Below, one piece after another: positions 48,900 to 63,227 of a stretch of 64,000 nucleotides of DNA. The notes below the pieces were generated by a model. The model was not told the DNA's origin. It searched no databases and was given only the letters and a program-made list of their open reading frames with translations. The stretch is from Octopus vulgaris (taxonomy: Eukaryota), in NCBI GenBank assembly GCA_951406725.2, contig OX597826.1:20274001-20338000 (forward strand), in the 5' to 3' direction. The stretch's first letter is position 1. The number at the start of each line of letters is the position of its first letter. A program made the position numbers and the translations under genes.

Positions 48900-50500
48900 T
48901 AGTTTAAAGGCACGAAAATTAAGTTGTTCTTATCTTGACTTGCACTCGAGTACCGCTGGCAGATTGTTCAATTGTTAACATGTGTTGCCATGACTTCTCT
49001 TCATGAAGTCTGGCAGCATGAAAAAGAGGGAAACTTTTCTTCTCACTTGCCAACGTTATGCCATCTCCCTACCTTCTGGCTTCCTGTGCCATCTCTGACT
49101 CTCACCATATGCCTCCCCGCAATCTAATGATAACTGCTCCCCTTTTCTGCTTTGTAATCGTCCGTCCACCTGGGGTGGGGGAAGCGACATTCCTTTTGAG
49201 ATCTCCATAGGGTCACAGGGCTGGCTTCTCTCTTCCCTTCATCATCAGAAGAGCTAATCACCTTTTGACTATGCAGGATGTGACATGGCATTCCATCCAC
49301 TGACACATTATTTAAAGTACAGATTGTGGTCACCTTTCCTTTTTCCCACTGCATTGTGCTCCGAGCATTCAGGGACTTCGCCCACACTTCGTCTCCAGCC
49401 AGCACAGAACATAATCCCTTCCACCGGAATATGGTCCTGTGCAGGGCTGACTCTTTGGCTTGCCCTACTCTAGGTGACATGTACCAAAAGACAGCTTCCA
49501 TAGGGGAGATTCGTCCCCTCTCAGTCATGGCTTTAATCATACAGTGGTGCTGCTCTCCAATCCCGTATGCAGCTCTGAAGAAGCATCTTGTGTTCCATCT
49601 TCCGAGCATCTCTTTCTGCTGCTCTGAGTGAGAAACTGCACTGTTATCCATCAGTAGCTCGTCTACAGGCATCTTTTCCAAGAACACCACATTCAGCACT
49701 TCTGTCTCCACCCTGATTTCTCTCCTCATAACCATTCACCCCAGTCCACAGTTGACCACTGAAAGGTACACCTTTCTCTGATAGTGTGTCACATCAATGG
49801 CTAGCCTCCTCTACCCAAATCTTTCATGTGTGCTTGGGGCACACATAAGTCAATGAATTGTGCTTCAAATCCACAGCAGAGTTGCTGCTGCTTGGGCTAT
49901 AACTCTGTCCAAAATACCAGGCTTCACTTGTTTTAGAGCCATACCGTAACACACAATGCTAGATTTCTCAGGGTATTTTTATGGTGGTGAATGTAGAGGC
50001 CTGTATCCATTGACACCTCCCTGTCTCTCATAGAAATATCCAGCATTGTGTTTCAAAACAATTGAATATAAACTTTCAAACATTGTATACACCCTGTGGA
50101 TGACATATATGCCCTGTGCTAACATATACACTCTGTGGATGACATATACGCCTTGTGGTAACATTATATACACTCTGTGGAGGACATTTTCAGGTTTGCA
50201 ACAAAGGTAATTTGTAACTGTGCTGTCTGTCAAAAGAGAGGAGAATTGAGTCCTGAGTGACATGTCAGGGTGTGACCGATGCTACAAGAAAAACTACTGA
50301 AGACTTCCCACGCTGCTGTGAATCGATGGACTTTTCACAATTCACTGGCAAACTTCACATGAAGAATGCCTTCAACTTTATACCCCCAAAACCACATGCT
50401 GGAATTCTGTCTTTGTAAAAATTCCACCCATCACACTGGAATAATGGTTGCAAACAGTGCGGTCAAAGCCTGTGAAATACAAAGGTTTTTCCATTGCAGT
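48900..50500 (-). mobile_element. Possible ancient L1/Tx1-like LINE fossil
   Basis: Weak remnants resembling RT motifs (GFDR... and ...SPLF) and a REIRVETEVL C-terminal-like segment; heavily degraded. Confidence 0.3.
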
Positions 50501-51734
50501 TTCTCCAATATTTCTTAGAATAATTAATTCAATGCTTGATTATTATATTTTCCATTTTTTGTTGCCTCCTTTTACTTGTTTCAATCACTGAACTGTGGCC
50601 ATGCTGGGGCACTGCCTCAAAGGGTTTTCTTAAGAAAATTGACCCCAGGACTTGAGCTTTTCATTTAAGTCTGGTACTTATTCCATCAGTTCCTTTTGCT
50701 GGACTGAGAAGACATAGGAATGTAAACAAACCAACACCATTTGTCAAACGATGTATGCGTGTGTGTGGAGGATACACACACACACACATAACAGGCTTCT
50801 ACACAGTTTTGTCAACCTGATCCACTCAGAAGACTTTGGTTGGCCTGGGGCTATAATAGAGGACACTTGCCTAAGGTGACATGCAGTGGGACTGAACCTG
50901 AAGCCATGCTGTTGCACAGTGAGCCTCTTAACCACACAGCCATACCTAAACCTTTATACTTCAAGATCTTTACACACAAGCTACCTTGGTCAGCAAGACG
51001 GACTGACTTGTGATGTATGGTACTGGTTTTATTGGTCAGCAAATTTAAACAGTTTTTATGTGAAAGACGAAAAATTAGGAAAGAAAAAAGACTCCACCAA
51101 CAGAGAGAGAGAGAGAGAGAGAGATGAAAAGAAAAAAGGATTTGTAGAGAAAAATAATCACGAAATATGGTGGAATAAAGTCACAGAAATGTTTGTGTGT
51201 CAGTGTATTTTGTGTTTGACTTGATCCCAACCATTTTTCAGTCAGTTTATTATTTAATAAAATATTTCGGTTTCCGGAAATTCTGGAGTGGTTTTCACTT
51301 GACTTCTTCAGAAGCTTCATAAAACTTTAAGAATGAATAAATAAGAGACTCCATCAATATAGAACAACAATAGTTAAGTTGCTGTTGATATATTTAAGGT
51401 AGGGACCATTAAAAGGATTCATTCTTTGTCAGAAGGGAGTGAAATGGAGTCTGTGATGTTCATGGATTTCCCAGGAGAATCAGTGACGCAGGTATGCTGG
51501 GAAACTTTATAGCAGGAAGGCTTCAGGATACAGCTGCAGGTCACAAGTATTTGGCCCTCTCATTTGTGTCCACTATTTTGAGGAAAGCTTTACTTCAAGG
51601 AAATAAATATTTATTAAATATTTAATTTTTTATTGAAAGCAAATGATGGTTGTCTTTCTTTAGAATCTTGATAGAAATATTTTTGTGCTACACTGAGTAA
51701 TGGCTTACAGTGTCACTTTAATAATAATAATAAT

Positions 51735-51738
51735 CGTT

Positions 51739-51804
<66 letters not shown>

Positions 51805-51836
51805 GTCGTCATCGTCATCATCATCATCGTCGTCGT
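51735..51836. repeat. (GTC)n(ATC)n trinucleotide repeat, expanded tail of an RTE 3'-end copy
   Basis: Directly followed by tttaacgtccgttttccgtgctagcacggg, the reverse of the RTE tail. Confidence 0.85.
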
Positions 51837-54800
51837 TTAACGTCCGTTTTCCGTGCTAGCACGGGTTGGACGGTTCGACCGGGGTCTGGGGAGCCAGGGG
51901 CTGCTCGATGATGATGGTGATGATGATTTCAAATTTTGGCACAAGGCCAGCAGTTTTGGAAGAAGGGTTAAGTCGATTAGATTGACCTCAGTGTGCAGCT
52001 GGTACTTATTTTATATACCCTGAAAGGATGATAGGCAAAGTTTACCCTGGTGGAACTTGAACCTAGATGGATGAAATGCCACAAAGCATTTTGCCTGGCA
52101 TGCTAATGATTCTGCCAGCTTAACTGTTTACAAATATTGGTTTTAAATTTTGTCCCAAGGCCAGCAAGTTTGGGGTGGAGTCAGTTATATCAACCCCACT
52201 TATTCAACTGGTACTTATTTTATCAAAGTTGACTTTGTTGGACTTTGAAGTCAGAATGGTAAAACAGATGAAATGCTTTGTAAAGGCAGACAAAATGGAT
52301 GTCACCATCAAACATGTAGAGTCCCTTAATAATCAAGACATGCAGAAATATTAGCTTGTTTGGTAACAGGTGAGTGTTAGCAACAGGAAGAACATCCAGG
52401 AGAAGAAAATCTGCTTTACCTATGCAAGCATGGAAAAGTGAACACCAAAGTAATGGTACATATATGTATACCTCATAATTTTTATATGTATTTATTATTT
52501 ATATAATACAGTAGTTATATATTTAGATCTAAAACACCTAATATAGTTATATATTTATTTTACATGCGAAAAACATTTGAGCGAGTGCCATGCAAAAACT
52601 CTTGTGCTGGTCTTGTATAAAAAGCACCCAGCACCCTCTGTAAAATGGTTGGCATTAGGAAGGGCATCCGACCAAAGAAATTAAGCCAAATCAGACTGGA
52701 ACCTGGTGCAGCTTCCTAGCTCTGGTCAAACTGTCCTACCCATGCCAGCATTGAAAACGGACGTTAAAGGATGATGATGATCATGCTCATACGCATGTGT
52801 ATCTACACACACACACACATTAATTCACTAGCAACAGTTTCATTCAGCATCTTCCTAATACAATCTGCTACTTTTTGAAAATTTTTTGCTGTTTTTATAG
52901 AATTGAACTGGTGACCTTTGTGACCTGATGTTGAAAACAGGGTCTATATCATTGCATGGGAAGAGACTAATAAGGAAAATAAAAGTCAAATAGGTGGGGA
53001 TCCCTACATGGGTTGCTTGACCTTTAAAAAACAGCAGCAAAATCTCCTTCAAATCACACCTTGTTGTCTTATAAAAGAGATGTAAAATAATGTGGCCCTG
53101 GATTATATATCTTTAAGAGAATGATATACCAGGGATATCACATCGATGTGGTTTGACCCTTGAATGAAGAGAATCCCTTTTTACAGAATCCCCAGCCCAG
53201 TGCTATGAGGTTTTGCCACCTTTAGCATCTCATCAGGAAAATCAATCATTTAAGTGTTTGCTTTAAATTTGAACTTCAGATAATCAATACCAACACCTCC
53301 TTCATCTGACAACGCACCCAATACCTGAATCGTTACACAGTTATTTAACCAGCTAGAAAAAGCAGCGAAATTTCCTTCAAATCACATGCAACCATCTTAT
53401 AAAAAGGTTAGATTGTATTACGTAGTTCTAGGGTTTTAGAACATAGGATAGACCAAATGGTCATGGTTGGAAGGCTTTTTGTTTTAGGTTTGCATAAACA
53501 GGGTTGACTTAGTGCTACACAACAACAACACAGACACAAGTACAAAAGATGGAGGGAAATCATATAATAACAAGAAAACAAAAAAGTTGAAACTAAAAGA
53601 GCAGGAAGTGAACCATTTTAGACGAGTAAATTACGTATGTGTGACCAGTGGAGTCATTATATCCAATTAGCCTAATTTCCTTCTGAAATTCAACACTGAA
53701 TCAAACAGAGATTTCAAATGCCACCCACACATGTGAAGATCTAACACAGTTTAAATGTCTCAGCTTGTTTCAAGGCAATTCCTGGAATTGGAGAATACCT
53801 GGGAAACAATATACAAGGCATCGGTTCCGATAAATTGCTTCTAAAAATTTCCCGATGAAATTATTGGCTCAATGATCCGAGTTGTTTAGAATTAATAGTT
53901 TTGTAGACACAATGTTTTAGAATCATAATTAATACTTCTCTGGGAATAAAATTTCAGTAAGAATTTGTTGGCAGCAAATGATGTAAAATCTATTCCAGCA
54001 TATTTGATTCTGGTAAATTTTTCCAAATATCAATGCTAGTGGGATAATTGTTATTTTCCCTCAGAGATGCTACAGCAATTAAATACAGAGATAGCAACTA
54101 TCAATGTCTATCTTGTCACAACATAATCTCAACAAACACAACTGGGTGAGTTCACTTACATAAACACCAGAGTAGTTCCAGGAAAACAATTGTCAGTGTT
54201 TATGCCAATGCTCCAGTCTTTCTATGATTTTTCTGTGAACACAATATTAGTTTCTCTCTATTACTATTGCTGTATGTTTACCATTCTTTATGGACTCAAC
54301 AACCATCAGTTATTCTATGTTAAAAAGTTTATAATTCTCTACCAGCACATCAACTATTAAGTTTCTACATCTTACTGCTGTAGCATCTCATAAGTTTCCT
54401 GTGGATACAACAACCACCAGTTACTCAATGCTGCAAATGCTGAGCCTCAACAATTCTCTGTACCCATAATGATTATTAGTTTCTCCATGTGACTACTGTG
54501 ACACCCCAACAATCCCTTTCTTTAGGTTACTACCTCAGAGTCTCCACAATCATAATTCACTGTTCTCAGTTTTGTATTTTATTTTCTTTCCTTGATTTTT
54601 CCTTCCACTTTGTATTGTTTTTGATGCGTCTTGAAACTTGAATCTCTCTTACACAAATGACTTTCACTTACCTCTCTTTATACCTTGATTTCAAATCCTG
54701 CATAAGACAACCATCACACTTGTATCAATAATACATGCACCAGTGGAATATTAGAGTCAATTCAATTCAACATGAAGCTCCCTTTTACTAAGCGAGAGGC

Positions 54801-55109
54801 CATATACAAATTAGCATGAAGCCTAAGGATGCAGAAAAACATCAACTTGCTAGAAATAAGAGCTAAAGTCTTAATTAAATCACAGTAAAGCACCAAAATA
54901 ACAGTAGGCAAGGAAATGGAAAGAATATATTCAAAAACACACCCATGGAAGATCATGCTACATACCCAAGTTTTGGCTTCTGGAAATTTAATCCTTGATC
55001 CTCTTCAGTGGAGAAGTTTTCACTTCCTCATAACTGGAATAATGTTTGCCTCTCAAACCCTCTTTTGTGGCGCCGATGCGATGATAGTCTGAAGGCGCTA
55101 AATCTGGTG

Positions 55110-55340
55110 AGTGTGGAGGTAGTGAAGTGGCTCAAAGAACAGTCAACAGAATTTTATGGGGCAGGGATACATGCTCTCATTCGAAGGTGGAACATTGCTA
55201 CTGAGAGAAACAGTGACTATGTTGAGAAGTAGGTATGTGATCCACAGAGGACCAGCTTCATTTTGATGTATGATACATGTTCCTGTGTTGGTAATTATAC
55301 CTGTCCTAAACAAAATGGCATTACTTTTTGATGCACCCTT
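55110..55340 (+). mobile_element. Mariner 3' remnant
   Basis: VVKWLKEQSTEFYGAGIHALIRRWNIATERNSDYVEK*, a typical mariner C-terminus, followed by a TIR-like ttactttttgatgcaccct. Confidence 0.7.
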
Positions 55341-56736
55341 GTTGTGTGTGTGTATTTATATATATGCTATAGCCTCAGGTGCACCAAAGCCTGGTGAGTG
55401 GATTTTGTACACGAAAACTGAAAGACTGTCATATGTGTGTTTGTACCCACACCTTGCTTAACAACCAATGTTGCTGTGTTTATGTACCCATAACATAGCC
55501 ATTTCGCAAGACACACCAATAGAATAAGTACTAGGCTTACAAAGAGTAAATCTTGGGTCTGAGTTCTTCAATTAAAGGCAGTGCTCTAGCATGGCTGAAG
55601 GCACATGACCAAAACAAGTAAAACAATAAAAAGCTATACCATTTTAAACCCAAGCAACATTGGATATCTCTGCTACTATATCTATATAAAACTGAGCATG
55701 TGTTGTGTTTTTCATTAAAACTTGAGAACAACCAAACCAATCTCATTCTAATTCTATATGTGCCTTACTTAGGGTCCATGCAGTGTCACGGGCCAAAAAC
55801 ATTTTTAACTTCTTGCCTAATGCAAGCCCGGAGCAATTTCTTATTTCTTACACTATTTCAATATTACGTGTCAAAAGTTTAGACTTGTTGGTAATACAAG
55901 AATTTCCAGCTTCACTAATTATTTTATAAAACCCTAAACGTGCTTAGTGATCTCATTCTTTGACCCGATCCTTTCTTCTGTTATGGACAGCTTCCAGTTG
56001 GAACACACTTCAACCTACCCCATTCTTCTTCTTCTTTTGTCACATGTGGTAACCATATTAAGTCTGCAGCACCACAGTTGATACTTTCAATAGTCAGTTC
56101 CTGTCTCTTCCATGCAACTTGACATTACAAACCTGATTCCATTATCTCCGGATCACATCAAAAGTAATCCTTACATTAGCTTCTGATTGTGACATTCTAT
56201 GACATGGACAGAGACAGACAAGCTTCGTTGCCAACAGAGGAACTGCTCTCAAATAAAGCACCTCCTTCCTGCATTAATTTGGTTAAATGGCCACTCAGAA
56301 TCTCTCTCCATTTTAAACTGAAGTAACTGAAGTACCATGACCATCCTGTTAATTTCTTGAATAATCAGGTGTACAAAGTTGGCTGCCATTTGTAGCATAC
56401 GAAGCAACCTTATTTAAATAATCCCAGAAGATATTACTGTTGGGCAAGCTGCTTTTCAAGAATACTTTGAGGTCAGCTAATCTGCTGGAAATAGAAATTC
56501 CATCAAATTAATCCAAGAAGCAAACTCTGGATAATGTAGTCCTTGATATACTGTCAAAAAAAAAAAAAAAAAAAATACAGGCGTGGCATAAAGCTTGCTT
56601 CTCAACCACATGGTTCTGGGTTCGGTCCCACTGCATGGCATCTTGGGTGATTGTCGTCTACTATAACCTTGGGATGACCAAAGCCTTGTGAATGGATTTG
56701 GTAGATGGAAACTGAAAGAAGCTCATCCTGTGTATG

Positions 56737-56775
<39 letters not shown>

Positions 56776-59700
56776 CTTTGCATCTGTGTTTGTTCCCCCA
56801 CCATTGCTTGACAACCGATGGTGTGCTTATGTCCCTGTAACTTAACGGTTCAGCAAAAGAGGCCGATAGAATAAGTGCTAGGCTTACAAAGAATAAGTCC
56901 TGAGGTCGATTTCTTCGACTAAAACCCTTTAAGGCGGTGCTCCAGAATGTCTGCAGTCAAATGAAACAAGTAAAGAAAATATAGGCGCAGGAATGGCTGT
57001 GGTAAGTAGCTTGCCTACCAACTGCATGGTTCTGGGTTCCGTCCCACTGCCTGGCACTTTGGGAAAGTGTCTTTTACTGTAGCCTCGGTCTAACCAAAGC
57101 CTTGCGAGTGGATTTAGTAGATGGAAACTGAAGGTAGTGCTCCAGCATGGCCGCAGTTAAATGACAAACATAATAGAAAAACGCAAAACCTTTCACTGAG
57201 AAACAACCTTCAGTTCTAGCCTAGTTAGAGTTATTTCCCTTGCAGTGTTGACACCGTTTCACCTCGAGACGAACCAAAAGCCCCGGGAGAATTCTTCGGT
57301 TCGTTTGGCCAGTATGACAAAGACCATGCTGGAGCACTGCATTCAAACGACTGTTTAAAGAATTTAAACATAATTAATCCAACTGCCTGTTCTAGATGAG
57401 ATAAACGAAATAGCAAAGTTTTATTCAAATTGGCTTACATCAGAATTAACAAATTTCATTCTAGTTAAAACTAAAATTGTTAATCCCGATGTAAAGAAAT
57501 TAGGCCATAGCTGTGTGGTTAAGAAGTTTGCTTCTAAGCCATGTGGTTTCAAGTTCGAACTGTACAGTACCATGGGCAAGTGTTTTATACTACATCTTCA
57601 AGCTAAACAATACTTCAACAATAGAATGTGGAGGGTAGAATATGCTGGAAGACTTTTGGCTAGAAACTACAATCAGTCTTGCTTCGTTATTGAATGTAGT
57701 TTAGTAACAGGGACCACACCTTCAATTATTGTTTTTTTAGGTCTAATATAGTTGTGTTGACGTTGACATCCTGCCAGTCGCCCCACCCCAGGATATGACA
57801 GGCCTTCAACACTTTACATCCTTCCTAGATTTACTATAACCATTGCTAATGACTCAACCATGACCCTCGTTTATTTAACCGGAGCAATGAATTATCAAAT
57901 ACTTCAGTTTAGAAAACTGAGAAACAAAATTAATAGAAGAGCAAAATCTTCAGATTAATTTGGACAAAACTAGTCTTAAGGTCATTAAATACATAAAACT
58001 GCTTTCAGTTTTTTAGATTTCACAGTTAAATGATAAAATGGTAAGTTGGCAGAATTGTTAGCATCAGGGATAAAATGCCTTGTGGTATTTAATCAGGCCT
58101 TCTTTGTTCTGAGTTTGAATCCTGCTGAGTCAACTTCACTAATCATCCTTTCAGGGGTTGATAAAATAAAGTACCAGAGCTGATTCTTTCTGTCAGAATT
58201 GGTAACAACCAACAAGATGGTAGGAGCCAACAGCAACCATCTTTTGTTTCTCCCTCAAAAATTCCATCATAAACCAACAGTTGTTGTCAAAGAAGCAATC
58301 AGAGTAACATTCAGTGAATGATGCTGCAAGGAAGGAATCTGGCCCAAATACTCTATTTTATTTTCAAATGAGCCAGGTCTGGCTTCTTACACCTACCCAA
58401 CAATGTCATTCTAAAAGTAAACTATCACATCACTGAAATCTTGAATATCTCAGATAATCCATAACGGATTCAAAGCAATGTGAATAAATAAGGATTACAT
58501 TTGACAGAATAATCTGAATGCTAAAGGGTTAAAATATAACATTGTAGATGCAGGAGCAATCCTGTGTAGTGAAGAAGTTAACTTCCGAACCACACAGTTG
58601 TAGGTTCAGTTCCAAGTTTTGGCTACTAAAGCCCTGGGTCAACCAAAGTGTTCAGAGTGAATTTGGTAGATGGAAGTAGTGCAAAAACCTATTGCACATT
58701 TGCAAGATGTATGTATAAATGCGTTTAATGCATGCATGAATGTGTGTCTTGATGTTGCAGAACAGCTGTAAACGAACATCAGTGTTGTACAAGCAGTGAC
58801 ATTTATAATCTTGTGTGAGAGTGACCAGTGTGCTATGTGCTTGTGTGAAGGTTGAGGGAAAATATTACCCAGCGAAGGAAACATGTGACACCAAAGAAAT
58901 GTATCTGGCCATAGAAAATTTGCTTCAAAGAATTTTGTCTCACACAATTATGGTGAAGTGGATGTTACAATTCTGTTTCTATAACAGGGATGAAACTCAA
59001 CTGGAATCAATGTGACAGATTTTCATGTTGGAAATGTGATCTTTTATTTCCATTTCTTCAATAAAATCAATGGATGTTATAAAAAAAGACAAACAAAACA
59101 CTTAGCATATTTATGACAATATTCATTGAAAAGCAGAAAAATATCGTGATAAATAGTTTGCCAAAATTACTTTTAGTCTTCAAATTTAGACTTGATGATA
59201 TCCATTGTCAAGTTTTTATTATTTTTTTTTTACACATGATAGGGTGGTTCTTCATTTTAATAAAAATAAATAAAATAAATAAAAGAGAAATGAAAATATG
59301 TTCCTCAATAGAATAGTATTATTAGTTGTTATTATTATTATTAGTGAATTTTGGTGAGTAAATATATGACAGAAATGGAAAGATTAAGAGTCAGTAGAAA
59401 TCTTTCAAAAAATAAAAAATTAAGAAAGCTATGAAAAAATAACAAAAAAAAAAAAAAAAAACCCAATAGTTTGTTATTGATTGAATTGGGAGAAAATACT
59501 TTGTTTTTCTTGTTAAATTCCAGCTGTTATGTCAAACGGAAAACTTTGAAGAAATGCTTCTTATCGGGACTAAAATAAATACCTATATGCAGTAATTTAT
59601 TGATGACAAAATAGTTATCTTTGTCAGCTCCCCACCCCCAACCTCGTTAACACAACAATTAATTTGTAGTATATTGTTTAGAGTATTAATTAAATAGTTC

Positions 59701-60139
59701 AGGTATCAACAACTGGAGCTAAGAATTGGTCTGTGGAGCGAGTCGAGAGATTAAGGCAATTCCCCTATAACAGAAGTTCTTCAAGAAAACAGGACACTGA
59801 GGTCTCGAACACAAAGTCTCCACGGTGATACGCATTTCATGAAACAAAGTCCTGCAAAAGAAAATACAGAATTCTGTTAATGAAAAGAATTTCTGCTCCA
59901 CAGGACGGACACACAAAAACAGGAAAAAAAAAAAGTCTAAGAAGCTTGCTTCTCAACCAAATGGTCTTGGGTCCTCTCTCACTGCAACCTTGGGCAACTG
60001 TTTTGGGTCAACCAAAATCTTGAGAGCCGAGTTGGAAGATAGAAACTGAAAGAAGCCTGTCGTATGAGTGTATATGTGTGTGTGTGTGTGTATACACATA
60101 AATAGAGGGTGCAATGGGTAAATTGTTGCCTAGTCACCC

Positions 60140-62077
60140 ATATAGGTAACCAGGTAATACATGAAGGAGTCACACCCAATGACTGGTGTAGCAGCACCAG
60201 TAGTCAACTGCTACAAAGGTAAAGGTGACACTTTAGATACAAACAATTAGAGGCATCAAGTTGTTGGATCAGGTAATGAAGGTCATGGAGAGGTCATAGC
60301 CCAACTAATTACAGAGAGAGTCAGTCTAGATGAGATGCAGTTTGGGTTCGTGCCAGGGAAAAGCACCACTGATGCCATATTTCTGGTAAAACAGCTGCAG
60401 GAGAAATACATAACCAAAGACAAACCTCTGTACCTGGCTTTCGTTGACATGGAGAAAGCCTTTGACAGGGTCCCCTGATCCCTTATCTGGTGGTCAATGA
60501 GGAAACTAGGGATAGGTGAATGGTTAGTGAGAGCTGTGCAAGTCATGTACAGGGATGCTGTAATAAGGTAAGGGTTAGCAACGAGTACAGTGAAGAATTC
60601 TGTGTAGGGGTAGGGGTCCACCAAGGATCAGTCCTCAGCCCCTCTTATTCATCATAGTCCTCCAGGCAATAACAGAGGAATTCAAGACAGGATGCCCCTG
60701 GGAGCTCATCTATGCTGGCAACCTTGCTCTAATAGCTGAATCACTATCAGAACTACAGGAAAAGTTTCAGGTGTGGAAACAAGGATTAGAATTGAAGGGC
60801 CTCAGAGTCAACATAGCTAAAACCAAAGTCTTAATAAGTAGGAAGGCAGACAAATCACAAATCCCTTCAGGTAGACGGCCCTGCTAGATCTGTAGAAAAG
60901 GCATAAGATGTACCAGGTGTAAGCTATGGACACATAAGAGGTGCAGCAATATCAAAGGGAGGCTAACTGGGAAGATAGTTTTTGTATGTGGCAGATGCTC
61001 AGGTGCTATAAAAATAGAAAATGTGCAGAGAACAGCTTCTATCACATTCCAGGGAGAAAAACTACAAGTAGTTGATAGCTTCCATTACCTAGGGGACCAA
61101 GTCAGTAGCAGGTGAGGGTGTGCTGAAAGTGTAGCCGCTAGAATAAGAATAGCTTGGGCAAAACTCAGAGAGCTCCTACTTCTGCTGGCGACAAAGGGCC
61201 TCTCACTCAGAGTAAAAAGTAGACTATGATGCATGTGTACGAACAGCCATGCTACATGGCAGTGAAAATATGGGCCGTGACTGCTGAAGACATGTGTAAG
61301 CTTGCAAGGAATGAAGCTAGTATGCTCCACTGGATGTGTAATGTCAGTGTGCATGCATGACAGAGTGTAAGCGCCCTGAGAGAAAAGTTGGACTCAAGAA
61401 GCATCAGATGTGGTGTGCAAGAGAGACGACTGTGCTGGTATGGTCATGTGTTGCCAATAGATGAGGACAGCTGTGTGAAAGAGTGTCACACCCTAGCATT
61501 TTAGGGAACCTGTGGAAGAGGTAGACCCAGGAAGACCGGGGATGAGGTGTTGAAGCAGGACCTTCGAACATTGGGCCTTACCGAGGCAATGACTAGTGAC
61601 CAAGACCTTTGGAGATATGCTGTGCTTGAGAAGATCCGACAAGCCAAGTGAGACCACATCTGAGCATGATCGTTGCCAGGGCCATGGACTGGCTCCCGTA
61701 CCGATGGCACGTAAAAAAGCACCATTTGAGCGTGATCGTTGCCTTACCAGCACATGTGCTGGTGGCACGTGAAAAACAACATTCAAGCATGGTCATTGCC
61801 GGTGCCGCTGAACTGGCTCCCGTGCAGGTAGCATGTAAAAAAACACCTTTTGAGCGTGGTCGTTACCAGAACTGCCTGACTGGCCCTCATGCTGGTGGCA
61901 TGCAAAAGCACCCACTACACTCTCGGAGTGGTTGGCATTATGATGGGCATTCAGCTGTAGAAACTTTGCCAGATCAGATTGGAGCCTGGTGCAGCCTTCT
62001 GGCTCACAAGTCCTCAGTCAAACCGTCCAACCCAGCATGGAAAGCAGATGTTAAACAACGATGATGGTGATGATGAT
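60140..62077 (+). mobile_element. 5'-truncated RTE-clade LINE (RT pseudogene + 3'UTR with tandem units + (GAT)n tail)
   Basis: QFGFVPGKSTTDAIF, AFVDMEKAFDRVP, GVHQGSVLSP, YADD degenerated to YAGN, multiple stops; ends in gatgatggtgatgatga. Confidence 0.9.
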
Positions 62078-62079
62078 TT

Positions 62080-63227
62080 TCGCGCATGTGCATTTTGTTA
62101 ACTACACAGTATAGTAGGGTCAGTTGGGTACCATCTGTGAGAAAAACAGCATTATGATGCAAAACACTCAGCCAGAAATTTGGAAATGACGTGCTGTACT
62201 ACTTGGCATTCGTGCCGGAAGTTACAAAACGATCATTTCAGAGTATTGGGTGTCAATCTGAGGACAGTGCAGAGGATTCAGAAAGAGTTGGATGAGTGTA
62301 ATGATGATTATGAAGGTACGGCAGCTCCAGGGACATGTGAGTGTCTGAGTTTCTTATAAGGCCGGTAGTGTATGAAAACATTTGTTATTCCTCATACAAG
62401 ATGAGAAAGGGTAAATTCTTATCCCAAGCCATCAAGGACAAGAGGAAAGATGATGCTATGAAGCTTTTGAACAAGCTCAACCATCCCTTCCAACCAAACA
62501 TGCTTTAGTTTTTCTCAGACGAGAAAAATTTCTCCCAGGATCAAATGGTGAACACACAGAACAGCCATTGGCTTGCCAAATCCTCAAAACATGTACTGAG
62601 AGTGATAAAAATCAAACATCCAGTCAACATCATGGTATATGGTGTGATCACTAGTGATGGCGACGTTATGCCTCCATTCATCTTCCCACACAGCCTCAGA
62701 CTCAACATCTGGCCACTTAACTCCCCAGACTGCAACCCACTTGATATCAAGTGCTGCCCTTGGCCAAGAGGGTGGCTGCTGGAAGACCCTATGTCTGGCA
62801 ACAGGACTCTGCACCATACCACACAAGCAGGAGACTCCAGTCATGGCTGTCAGACAATTTCTACGACTACATCATCCCTAACATCTGGCCACCTAACTCC
62901 CCAGACTGCAACCCACTTGATTATTATGTGTGGGGTGCAGTTGAGTAAGAGACCAGCAAAACTCCTTGTAATACCAAAGATGAACAGAAAGCAAGGATTA
63001 TGGCAGCATTCACCAACTTAAACAAGGAGACCATCCAGAAGTGTTACAGGAGATTCCAAAGTCGTCTGGAGGCCATAATTGAAGCTAATAGCAATTTTAT
63101 TGAATAAATTTACTCTTTAGTATTTCAAGATAATTTATGTAATTTTGGTAAATGTATCTGTTAAAAATGAGATGTTAGTATTATTCTAATTTTTGTGTAA
63201 TTTAGACAATTTATTCACCACACCCTG
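62080..63227 (+). mobile_element. Tc1/mariner superfamily DD37D (maT-type) transposon remnant
   Basis: FSDEKNF ... WQQD-(37 aa)-D in WPPNSPDCNPLDYYVWG; right end caccctg|ta. Confidence 0.85.

Noticed and set aside
49124-49735. 203-aa ORF as a novel gene
   Set aside because: No recognisable domain or splice structure; it lies in what looks like a decayed LINE.
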